A stretch of 64,000 nt of DNA from Mobula hypostoma (lineage: Eukaryota), in the NCBI RefSeq assembly GCF_963921235.1, contig NC_086108.1:110672001-110736000 (forward strand), written 5' to 3'. Under the pieces are notes generated by a model that searched no databases, was not told where the DNA came from, and was given only the letters and a program-made list of their open reading frames with translations. The position numbers were made by a program, and so were the translations under genes. Shown here in pieces: positions 48,976 to 60,604 of this stretch. Numbering within the stretch: the first letter of the stretch is position 1; the number at the start of each line of letters is the position of its first letter.

Positions 48976-50033
48976 AAGATAAATTAAAAATTTCACCCAC
49001 ATAATTGCGTCTCCACCTTGGAAATAAGGATTCTGAGGAAACAGTGAGGGGTTTTCGAAAGGGAATTTATCTTTGTCAATACAACAAACTAACATTGTGA
49101 AATCTCTGCAGCCAGATGAGTTGAAAACTCTCATGTTTATTAAATGTTCCATTATCTACATTAAAAAATGTGGTCTGGCTGACAGTGCTTAAATAGGTGT
49201 GTAATGGTCTGTTCACATGGGGAGAGGTCAGGGAAAGCATCTGGGCGTGTGTTCAGGAAGAGTTGTAATAGTAATTTGTAATATTTATTTTAGAAATCTT
49301 CTCTTCCTGCCATCAATTGAATAGAGCTTACAATATACACTATGTCCTTCCTGCTCATGTGTGATAGAGACACAAATTTCCAGCAGATAATAAAAATGAG
49401 GATGTTGTTAAGGCTGCTGGCAATACCACTAAGACTACACAGGCACTTGAGGGACTGTCATGTACAGCTTAAGGCGTAGGAGCAGAATTAAGACCATTGC
49501 CTTCCAATTGTGGAATTTACCTTCATGCATACTTTGTAGCCTTTGGAATCCATGAGACCGTGGGACCTAGCAGCAGAATTAGGCCATTTGGCCCGTTGAA
49601 TCTGCTCACCATTTAATCATGGCTAATTTTTTTTTCAAACTCATTCTCCTGCTTTCTTTCTGTAAATTTTGACACCCTTATTAAGAGCCTATCAAACTCC
49701 ATAAGGCCATAAGATATAGGAGCAGAATTAGGCCATTTGGTTCATCGAGTCTGCTCTGCCATTTCATCATTTCTGATCCATTTCCCTCTAAGCCCCAATC
49801 TCCTGCCTTCTCCCCGTATCCTTTGTGTCCTGACTAATCAAGAATCTATCAACCTTTGCCTTAAATATACCCAATGACTTGGCCTCCACAGTTGCCTGTG
49901 GCAATGAATTTCACAGATTCACCACCCTCTGGCTAAAGAAATTCCTTCTTATCTCCATTCTAAATGGATGTTCCTCTATTCTGAGGCTGTCCCCTCTGGT
50001 CTTAGACTCCCCCACTTTAAATATACCTGGGCC

Positions 50034-50344
50034 GGGCCGACTGGTGGCGCAACGACATCGGCGCTGGACCCGGGAGTGGAGGTTCCTGGGTTCGAAACCA
50101 GTCGGATACGCTCCCGAGTACGCTTTCCATCCATGCTGGGTTGAGTGTCGGATCGCAACTCAACCTCGTAAAATAAAGGGAAAGTAGTGTGAAAAATGTC
50201 TGTGTGAGGAATGACACTACGCAGTCTCTCTCTCTCTCGCTCCACGCCTTGTAAAAGCCATGAAAAAGACATCATCACGGACACACGCATGGGCACGCAG
50301 ATGCACAGACTCGCAGGCACATGCCAAAATAAATAAATATATAT
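50034..50344 (+). mobile_element. Young tRNA-derived SINE with 13-bp TSD
   Basis: A-box-like TGGCGCAACG, consensus B box GGTTCGAAACC (50089-50099), AT-rich tail; TSD atatacctgggcc at 50021-50033 and 50345-50357. Confidence 0.85.
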
Positions 50345-51006
50345 ATATACCTGGGCCATGGAGATCATTTCAGCCCTGCAAGCTCATCCCATCTGCCCAT
50401 AGCCCTCTAAACCCATTCTGTCCACTGGCTGTTAAATGTTGCTAATGTGCCCGTCTCAACCACCACTGACAGTGGAAAGTGATTGCAGGTCTTTCAGCTA
50501 CAGAAGTGCTAACAGAAACTCCAAAGTCCTCATCCCTGGGAGAGGAAGGATTTTCGCCTAGAAGACTTATGAAGCCGTGTGGTGAAAACTGCAAGTTCAT
50601 AGCCGATCATCCAGGACCACCACCAGACCGGCCCAGACAGAGGACTCTGGCGAGTTGTTGTCAGTGGCCTATTTCCCTGTAGGGGTGATGGGCTTAACTA
50701 ACTAACTAATAGAACTGAACATGGTTTTTCAAATGTTGTCTGACCAGAGTTTTATAGAGCTGCAACATTACCTTACAGAATTTTTTTGTACTCCACCAGC
50801 TGTGTAGTTGACTTTCTCTGTGGTATAGCGTACATTCTGACCCTTGCTGCAACCTTATCAACCTGCTCCAGCACTTCTTTTGAGAAGTAACTGATGTAAT
50901 TCTGGCCTGACGTTGGGTGCTGTGAATCGCGGGTGGGTTTCTGTGAAGGAACAGTGCTTGTGCCTCTTTTAACATTGATTGTATTTTATCTTTTCCCATT
51001 CTTCAG

Positions 51007-51063
51007 GAACAACTGGAGGCCAGAAAGAAACGGAAGAAGGAGAGAGAGGCACTTGGAGACAAG
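51007..51063 (+). CDS. RPF1: RPF1 coding exon 2 (57 bp)
   Basis: Acceptor cccattcttcAG; EQLEARKKRKKEREALGDK; donor AAG|GTAATT. Confidence 0.95.
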
Positions 51064-52285
51064 GTAATTCGTTAACATTGGTCACGGAGAATGTACACTT
51101 AATGCCAATTTAAAATTTACAGGGAAGATCTTCATCATCACTTTGTGCCGTGCCACAGGGAAGGTAGGAGTTCAGAAGAAGAAAGATTATCTTTTATTTG
51201 TCACATTTACCTGGAAACATACAGTGAAAAGCATCATTTGCGTCAGCGACCAACGCAGCCTGAAGACTGTGCTGGGGGCAGTCCAAAAGTGTTGCCACGC
51301 CTCTGGCACAACACAGCATGCCCACAACTTATTAACCCTAATTTGGAATGTAGGAGGAAACTGGAGCACCCAGGGGAAACCAACATGGACACGGAGAGAA
51401 TGTACAAACTCCTTGGTGGTCGGAATTGAATCTGGAGCACTGGCGATGTAAAGCGCTGTGCTAACTGCTACACTACCATGTGGCCCTGATCTGGCTATCA
51501 GACATACAATGAAGTAACTGAGGCTAGGGTATGACATCTCAGAATTAGCTTTAATATCACCAGCATATGTCATGAAATTTGTTGTTTCCGGCAGCAGGAC
51601 CTTACAGTACTAAATAATAAAAAATATAAATGACAATAAATAATATGTATATAGATAAATTTAGTAAGTAGTGCAAAAAGAAAGCAAAAAAAATATAGTG
51701 AGGATGTGTTTATGGGTTCATTGCCCATTCAGAAATCTGATGGTGGAAGGGAAGAAGCTGGTTCTGAATCGTTGGGGCTCCTGTACCACCTCCTTGACGG
51801 TAGCAATGAGAAGAGGGTATGTCATTGGGTGGTGGGGGTGGGGGTCCTTAATGATGGATGAGCCTTTTTGGGGCATCACCATTTGAAAGTCTTTTCCGTG
51901 CTGGGGAGGCTAGTGACCACAACAGAGATGGCTGAGTTTACAACTTTCTGCAGTTCTTTGCAGTGTCTCCCCCCACACCCACCCCCCCCCATACCAGCTA
52001 GAATGCTCTCCACAGCATTTCTGTAGAAATTTGCAAGAGTCAGGAAGGAAAAGGTGGGGTAGTTCATAATAAAGGATGTGATCAGTACAGCTCATCTTGT
52101 TGTGATCTTGTCGTGAAACATCAAGATGTAGGAACATTTGGGTGGGGGTGTGAAACAGCGAAGGAAAGTAGTTGTGGTAGGAGTTGCCTTTAGATCTGAC
52201 AGCACAGGATGCAAGTCAAAGAAATAACAGAAGTCTGCATGAAAAGTACGGTAGGACACTCTGAGAAAAATCGTTATAAGAAGAT

Positions 52286-53469
52286 AGTATGTGAAGCTTT
52301 TCGAATTTTCTCAATGTCTGCATAAATATGACCTAAAAAGTAATCAGATCTTCGCATAAGTTCTAAAACTAGTTGAACAGAACCCAATTAAATAATAACA
52401 CAAAAAATTATACTTGTTCATGTATTTATTGAGAAAAATTATCCAATATTATAAGTATTGGGAAAAAGTATGTGAACCTTTGTTTTCAGTGACTGGTGTG
52501 ACCCATTTGTACAGCAGTAACTTCAACCAAATGTTTCTGGTAGTTGGTGATCAGTCCTTTACATTGACTTGGAGGAATTTTAGGTCATTTAGGTCAGTCC
52601 TGCTTACAAAACTTCTTCAGCTCTGGGATGTTGATGGGCTTGCTTCAGGTCCTTCCACAACATTTCTATAGGATTAAGGGCAGGACTTTGACTTGGCCAT
52701 TCCAAAATGTGAAATTTCGTCTGCTTCATCCATTCTTTGGTAGACTGACTTGTGTGTTTAGGGTCATTGTCTTACTGCATGACCCACTTTCTCTTGAGCT
52801 TCAGTTCCTGGACGAATACTCTGACATTCTCCTGTAGAATTTGCTAGTAGAATTCAGAATTCATAGTTCCATCAATGATGGCAAGCCTTACTGGTCCCGA
52901 AGTAGCAAAGCAGGCCCAAACCATGATACTGCCACCACCATGTTTCATAGATGGGATGAGGTTCTTCTATTTGTACACCATTTGCCTGACTGTGGATTAC
53001 TAGAGCCCAAAACACTAGAAATGGTTTTGTAACCTTTCCCAGCCTGGTGAGCATCAACAACATTTTTTCTGAGGTCTTCAGAAATCTCCTTTGATCGAGA
53101 CATGCCATGCTTCCAAAAACCTGTGTGGTGAAGATCAGACTTTGATAGTGAAAACCCAGGTTTATGCTCTTTAAATAGGCGGGGCTTCCCACACACAACT
53201 AATTGTCATCCCATTGATTGAAACACCTGACTCTAATTTCCCCAGTAAATGAACTGATGATCCGAGAGGTTTACATACTTTTTCCAACAAATACATGTAA
53301 TATTGGATCATTTTTCGACAATAAATAAATGAGTAAGTATAATGTTTTTTTGTGTTATTTATTTAAATGGGTTCTCTTTATCTAGTTTTAGAACTTGTGC
53401 GAAAATCTGATTACATTTTAGGTCATATTTATGCAGAAATAGAGAAAATTCGAAGGGGTTGACAAACTG
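52286..53469 (-). mobile_element. Tc1-like DNA transposon relic with ~190-bp IR/DR-type inverted repeats, internally deleted
   Basis: Inverted repeats 52286-52479 and 53267-53468 with a repeated agtatgtgaa motif; transposase remnants MSRSKEISEDLRKNVVDAHQAGKGYKTIS and WVMQ*DNDPKH. Confidence 0.85.
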
Positions 53470-54042
53470 TATCTAATGTAGACAAGTTGGATGGACATCT
53501 TGGTTGGCATGACCAGCTGGGCCAAAGGGTCTGGTTCCACATAGTGTGACACTTTGATTCAAGTTCACATCCTTGGGTGTGTGGGTTGTTAACTCAAACA
53601 ACACAGTTCATTCTTTTTCAATAAATAAATCTAATAAGGCCCAGTACTGCTCCTTCTCTACTCAGCAGTCGGTCTCTTATCATTGACAGACGCCATAAAA
53701 TTTGTCTTTTTGTGGCAGCAGTGCAGTGTAATACAGGCACATATATATAACTAGGGTTCCTAAAACTTTTGCACAGTTCTGTAGCAATTTTATGTATTGC
53801 ACTGTATTGCTGCTGCAAAAAAACAAATTTCATGACATATTTGATGATAAACCTGATTCTGATATGGATCCCTATTGTGGACTGAGAGAGGGAAGGGGGC
53901 AGGGAGAGGGGAATCATGGTTGGGAAAAGGGGAAGGGAGAATATGTAGCCATGAGGATGTGGATTTATTTTTAATGTTAATGAGAAAATTGCTGCTCTGA
54001 TGTTTTGAAGTAACTAACTTTGCTCTCAAATTCTGGTTCAAG

Positions 54043-54123
54043 GCTCCACCAAAACCAGTTCCAAAGACGATTGAAAACCAGCGGGTGTATGATGAAACAG
54101 TTGTGGACCCGAACGACGAGGAG
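54043..54123 (+). CDS. RPF1: RPF1 coding exon 3 (81 bp)
   Basis: Acceptor ttctggttca[29 protein letters not shown]; donor GAG|GTAATT. Confidence 0.95.
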
Positions 54124-54774
54124 GTAATTTTCTAAGTATTGACCAAAGTCTTGTAAGCTTTAGTGAAAGGCTGCCCATGGCTGCATTTTCACTCAGGGTG
54201 TATGTTTCTGCTGAGGAGTTCCATGCCCATTGTCTTTTCCTGATGAAAGGATTGAAATTTTCTGTGACTGAGGATGGGGACCACACATTTCCTTTGTGCG
54301 CAGTGATTATGAAAGTCAGGTGCCCTGATTTTCTCACTTCAGCCTCATAGATCACTCTTGTTGTTATCAGTGTTTTGAATTCAAGCCAGATACTTCAGAA
54401 TCTGAGTCATATTTATTATTACTGCACGTCGTAAAATTTTTTTTGTTTTGCGACAGCAGTAAATTACAATACAAAATAATTAGAAAGCTATAAATTACAA
54501 TAAGAAATATATATAAAAATTTAAATTAAGTAGTGCAGAAAGAGAGCAAAACAACTGGTGAGGTGGTGTTCATGGGTTCATTGTCCATTCAGAAATCGGA
54601 TAGCAGAGGAGAAGAAGCGGTTCCTGAATCATTGAGTTTGTGTCTTCAGGCTCCTGTGCCACCTCCTTGGTGGTGGCAATGAAAAGAGGGCATGTCCTGA
54701 GGGATGGGGGTCCTCAAGGCTTGATGCCACTTTTTGGGGCGTTGCCTTTTGAAGATCTCCTCGATGCTGAAGGT

Positions 54775-55245
54775 GAAGAAACTACAGAAAGGGCGCAGAG
54801 GAGAATTGCAAGGATGTTGCCTGGATTGGCGAGCATGCCTTATGAGAATAGGTTGAGTGAACTCAGCCTGTTCTCCTTGGAGTGACGGAGGATGAGAGTG
54901 ACCTGATAGAGGTGTATAAGATGATGAGAGGCATTGATCGTGTGGATAGTCAGGGACTTTTTCCCAGGGCTGAAATGGCTAACACGAGAGGACGCAGTTT
55001 TAAGGTGCTTGGAAGTAGGTACAGAGGAGATGTCAGGGGTAAGTTTTTTTACTCAGGGAGTGGTGAGTGCATGGAATGGGCTGCCGGCGGTGGTGGTTCA
55101 GGCAGATATAATAAGGTCTTTTAAGAGACTCCTGAATAGGTACTTGGAGCTTAGAAAAATAGAGGACTATGTGTAACCCTAGATAATTTCTAAAGTAAGT
55201 ACATGTTTGGCACAGCATTGTGGGCCAAAGGGCCTGTATTGTGTT
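54775..55245 (+). mobile_element. CR1 3' fragment nested in a minus-strand Rex1-like element (about 54395-55345)
   Basis: RAQRRIARMLPGL...LIEVYKMMRGIDRVDS with a CR1 tail; the host resumes at ggggaggctagtgccc. Confidence 0.8.
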
Positions 55246-55478
55246 TCTCTTCTGGGGAGGCTAGTGCCCAAGATGGCGCTGACTGAATGTACAACTTTCT
55301 GCAGCTTTTTCCGATGCAGTGCAGTGGCCCGTCCATATCAGATGGTGATACGACCAGTTAGAGTATATATGTAAAAATCTGTGGTTCTTCAAAATAAAAT
55401 ATATTCTTCACTTTCAGGTGGTTATTATGGTACAAATAAATAGAATGTGTATTTAAAATAAAATTGAATCCCCCACAG

Positions 55479-55574
55479 GTGGCTTTTGATGAGGCAACAG
55501 ATGAATTTTCATCCTACTTCAATCGGGAGGTGACCCCTATGGTCCTCATCACGACATCGGATCGTCCTAGAGGG
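55479..55574 (+). CDS. RPF1: RPF1 coding exon 4 (96 bp; start of the Brix domain)
   Basis: Acceptor cccccacAG; VAFDEATDEFSSYFNREVTPMVLITTSDRPRG; donor GGG|GTATGT. Confidence 0.95.
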
Positions 55575-56804
55575 GTATGTCATAACACTATCAGACACAG
55601 GAGCAGGATAAGGCCGAATTCTGTAGATGCTGGAAATCCAGAGCAACACGCACAAAATAGTCTATGAATTCAGCAGGTCAGACAGCATACATAGAGAGGA
55701 ATAAACAGCTGGAGCTTCAGGCCAAGACCCTGAAAAGGAAGGGGGAGGATGCCCGAATAAGGTGGGATGAGAGGAAGGAACACAGTCTTGAAGATGATAG
55801 GTGAAACCAGGTGAAGGGGAAGGTGGATGGGTGGGCTGAAGGTTGAAGTGACAAGCTGGCAGGTGGTGTGGAAGAGGAAAAACTCTGAAGATTAGCGAAT
55901 CTGATGGGAGAGGAGAGTGGACCATGAGAGAAAGGGAAGGAACAGGGCAAGTAATGAGAAGAGAAGGGGTGGGGTTGGGGATCCAGAATGGGAGAAAAGA
56001 GGTGGTTTGGAGGAGAATGTGGTTTCTTTTATGATCTGTCTGGATGGTACACAGAACTAGAGCTTTTCACTGTATCTTGGTACATGTGACAATAATGAGC
56101 ACATACCCCATGCACTCTTGGCTTTACTCAAGGATACATCCACAAATCTTTTTGCCTTTTCATTGGCCAGTAACATCATGAGGGATCCCATGCTCCCTTC
56201 TCCTGGACTGTTTGTCTCACTCACATCAAGGAGGAGGCTACAAAGCATCTGCGCCAGAAACACCAGACTCAAAAAGTTACTTTCCCCAAACAGTAAGGCT
56301 GATCCACACCTCCACCCACTAACCCACCCTCCATACCCACAGCCATCACTACTTTATCATTTCCTGTCAGTCACTTTATGTACAGACACTCCTGAGCCTA
56401 GCCTCACTTTATGGACATACAATCAATCTATGTGTAAGTTATCTCAGGTATTTATATTTATTACGTGTCTTAATATTATTGTGCTTTTTGGTGTTGCATC
56501 AGATGCAGAGTAGCAATTATTTTGTTCTTTACACTGATGTACTGGAAATGACATTAAACAGTCTTTAATCTTGAACCTTCCCAAGACCCCAAATTTTTAA
56601 AGTAGCTCTCAGTCTCACTTCCTAATTGCCACTGCTGTGACTGAGTGTCCTTTCTGATTGAAACTGAAAGAGAACCAGAGCCGCCGCCTCACAATCGATT
56701 GTTCAATAGTGACCTCTCATGCTGTCTGTGTGGAGTCTGCATGTACTTTCTGTGGCCATTTTGGGTTTCCCATGGGTGCCTGGGTGAAATGTGCGCTTCT
56801 AGTA

Positions 56805-57011
56805 ACACACACAACACGCTGGAGGAACTCAGCAGGTCGGGCAGCATCAGTGGAAAAGATCGGTCGACGTTTCGGGCTGGAACCCTTCGGCAGCCTCAGT
56901 TCCGGCCCGAAACTTCGACCGATCTTTTCCACTGATGCTGCCCGACCTGCTGAGCTCCTCCAGCGTGTTGTGTGTGTTGCTTTGACCCCAGCATCTGCAG
57001 ATTATTTTGTG
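56805..57011. mobile_element. Young 207-bp Penelope-derived foldback insertion with 15-bp TSD
   Basis: Arms 56802-56883 and 56899-56980 are reverse complements with 4 mismatches over 82 bp; TSD tgtgcgcttctagta at 56790-56804 and 57012-57026. Confidence 0.88.
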
Positions 57012-57156
57012 TGTGCGCTTCTAGTATTGTGACTGACTAAAACTGGGCCACACAGGAGCTGTAACTGGGAAATATAAAAGTCTTTATTCACACAGTGAGC
57101 CCTGAGGAGAGAGGGTCCAGGAGAACCCAAGTGAATCTCATTCTCCTGACATGATT

Positions 57157-57442
57157 ACTTATTTAATTAGAGATACAAGCCTTTGTGGCTCAACGAGCCG
57201 TGCTGTCCAGCAATCCACCTGATCATCCTAGCCTGAACACAGGACATTTTACAATGACCAATTAACCTAGTAATCGGTATGTCTTTGGACTGTGGGAGGA
57301 AATGGGAGCGCCCGGAGGAAACCCACACGGTCATGGGGAGAACATACAAACTCCTTACAGATGGCATGGGAATTGTACTTGAAACTCCGGAATGCCTTGA
57401 ACTCTGAAAGCATCTTGCTAGCTGCTACACTACCGTGGCACC
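57157..57442 (-). mobile_element. V-SINE copy
   Basis: Reverse complement of the V domain (gtctttggactgtgggaggaaa...cggaggaaacccac...ggggagaac). Confidence 0.75.
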
Positions 57443-57589
57443 CAATCTCACCCCGCCCAAGTGTTGTGACTAAAACAGAGCCACACGGAAAATATAAAAG
57501 TCTTTATTCACGCAGCATACCTCCAGGCAAGAGAGAGTTCAGGAAAACCCAAGTCAATCTCATCTCCTGACACAATGTTTTGTGTCATA

Positions 57590-59712
57590 GGAAGGGTGGA
57601 CAATAGTGCTGAAGATGAGATAGCTGGTTTACAACCGGGCAATGTGTGGTGAGGAGAGGCTGTTGATAGGGCAGTCAACAGGATGAGCTGCAATGTAAAA
57701 GGTGGACAAAGGGTGAATACAGGACTGAAGGTGTTACATTTGAGTGTGCACAGTGTACGGAATAAGGTAGGTGAACTTGTTACACGGTTGCAGATTGGCA
57801 GGTATGATGTAGGAATCACTGGATCATGGCTGAAAGAAGGTTACAAGTGGGAGCTTATTGTATTGAAAGGACAGCAGAGGGAGTGGTAATGCTCTGTTGG
57901 TAAAAAATGAAATCAAATCATTAGAAAGAGGTGACATAGGGTTAGAAGGTGTTGAATCATGTGGATAGAGCTAAAGAACTGCAAAGGTAAAAATACCCTG
58001 ATGGGAGTTGTGTACAGACCCCCAAACAGTAGCAAGGATGTGGCCTACAAATTATAAAGGGAGAATACATGCCGAAAGGGTAATGTTACAATAGTCATGG
58101 GGGATTTCAATATGCAGGTAGATTGGGAAAATCAGGTTGGTGCTGGATACCGGGAGGGGGAGTTTCTAGAGTGCCTACGAGATGGCGTTTTAGAGCAACT
58201 CGTGGTTGAGCCCAACAGAGGATCAGATATTCTGGATTGGGTGTTGTGGAGTGAAACAGAATAGATTCGAGAGCTTAAGGTAGAAGAACCTGTAGGGGCA
58301 ACTGATCATAATATGATCAAATTCACTGTGAAATTTGAGAAGGAGAAGCTAAAGTCAGATGTATCAGTATTACAGTGGAGTAAAGGGAATTACAGAGGCA
58401 TGAGAGAGGGGTTGGCCAGAATTGATTACAAAAATACACTGGCAGGGGTGACAGCAGAGCACCAGTGGCTGGAATTTCTGGAAGTGATTCGGAAGGCACA
58501 GGATATATATGTCCCAAAGAGGAAGAAGTATTCTAAAAGAAAGATGACACAACCGTGGCTAAAAGAGAAGTCAAAGCCAAAGAGAGGGCATATAATAGAG
58601 CAAAAATTAGCGGGAAGTTAGAGGATTAGGAAGCTTTTAAAAACCAACAGAGGGCAACTGAAACGTCATTACGAAATTAAAGATGAATACAAGCCAGCCA
58701 ATAATTTTAAAGAGGATACCAAAAGTTTCTTCAGATATTTAAAGCGTAAAAGAGGGTTGAGTGTGGATATCAGACTACTGGAAAATGATGCTGGAGAGGT
58801 AGTAATGGGGGCCAAGGTAATGGAGGAAGAACTGAGTAAGTATTTTGCATCAGTCTTTACTGTGAAAGACATTGGCGGTGTTGTGGGAGTTCCGGTTGTC
58901 AGGGGTTATGAAGTATGTGAAGTTACTGTAACGAGAGAGAAGGTTCTTGGGAAACTAAAAGGTCTGAAGGTAGATAAGTCACCTGGACCAGATGGTGTAC
59001 ACCCCAGGGTTCTGAAAGGAGTGGTTGAAGAGATCCTGGAGACATTAGTGATGATCTTTCACTAATCACTAGATTCTGGAATGGTTCCAGATGACTGGAA
59101 AATTGCAAATGTCATTCCACTCTTCAAGAAGAGAGAGAGGCAGAAGAAAGGAAACTACAGGCCAGTTAGTCTGACCTCTAGCTGGGTAGATACTGGAGTC
59201 AATTTTTACGAATGAGGTACTTGGAGCATATGAAAAATTAGGCAGTAGTCAGCATGGTTTCCTTAAGGGAAAATCTTGCCTGGCAAACTTGTTGGAACTC
59301 TTTGAAAAAATGTCAAGTAGGATAGACAAGGGAGAATCAGTTGATGTTGTGTACTTGGATTTTCAGCAGGTCTTTGACAAGGTGCTCCACATGAGGCTCC
59401 ATAGCAAGCTATGTGCCCATGGTATTAGAGGAAAGATTCTAGCATGGATAAGCAGTGTTATTAGGAAGAATTTCTTTACCCAGAGGGTGCTGATCTGTAG
59501 AATTCTTTGCCACAGGCAGTTATGGAGGCCAAGACTTTACGTATATTTAAGGCAGAGTTTGATAGATTTTTGTTGGGTCAGGGCAAGAAGGGATACAATG
59601 AGAAGGCAGGAGATTGGGGCTGAGGGGAAAATTTTATCAGCCATGATGGAATGGCAGAGCAGACTCAATGGACCAAATGGCCTAATTCTGCTCCTATATC
59701 TTATGATCTTAT
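57590..59712 (+). mobile_element. Degenerate CR1 LINE ORF2 (endonuclease, RT, internal deletion, 3' end)
   Basis: YDVGITGSWL, GDFN, YFASVFT, KSPGPDGVHPRVLK and [15 protein letters not shown] motifs. Confidence 0.88.
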
Positions 59713-60604
59713 AACGATAAACAATTGTATAATCACCTATCTTAACCTTTTGAATATAGTCAGATAAATTAACAGAATTACATATTTACAATGGTAGCAC
59801 ATCTTATCTAGCAGAACCCCTTTGAATATTCAGTATTGGTGTTTGTTCCAAAAGCCGTCGAGACAAACTGCATACATCCAAAATGTACCCCTGTTACTGT
59901 GCTGAAGGATGGATCCATTGATGTGCAGCTGACCAGAAGGTTGAGTGACAAAACAGATCTGTCTTGAACTGTGCATTAAGTGGCAGCAATACACAGTTAA
60001 CAACATGTTAATAAACAATCATCGATTGTTTTCCCCTATGGAATTTCAGTGGGACGGAATCAGAATGTCCTAATTAATTGCTTCAGTCAGAATCAGCTTT
60101 AATATCAGTGGCATATGTTGTGAAATGCGTTGTTTTGTGTTAGCATTACATTGTAATAAAAAACCTATAAGTAAGACCATAAGATGTAGGTGCAGATTTC
60201 CATTTTCTGCAATATCTTTGCGTCTCCATTGTTACTTCTCTCATTTTTTTTTGTGAAGATGTGGTTGATTTTAAGCGTATTCTGTGAGTTACGAGTAGTA
60301 AGTTCCTCCACTCACTGTCTTTTTTGGAAGCTCTTTCCTGTGTTTCTTGGGAGCATTTGCTTTACTCCCTGTACCTCTGCTTCTTTGTGCAGATTCTTCT
60401 GAGTAAATAACTTCATTTGCGTCACGTTAGATTTTTTTGATGTGTAACGTCTACTCTGTCCTATCTCCAACTCTGGCTGGAGCAGTGTACCCAGTAAATA
60501 ACATCATAAGACATCAGTGCAGAATTCAGCCATCTGGCCCATCGAGTCTGCTCCGCCATTCCATCATGACTGATATTTTATCCCTCTCAACCCCTGACTA
60601 ATCT

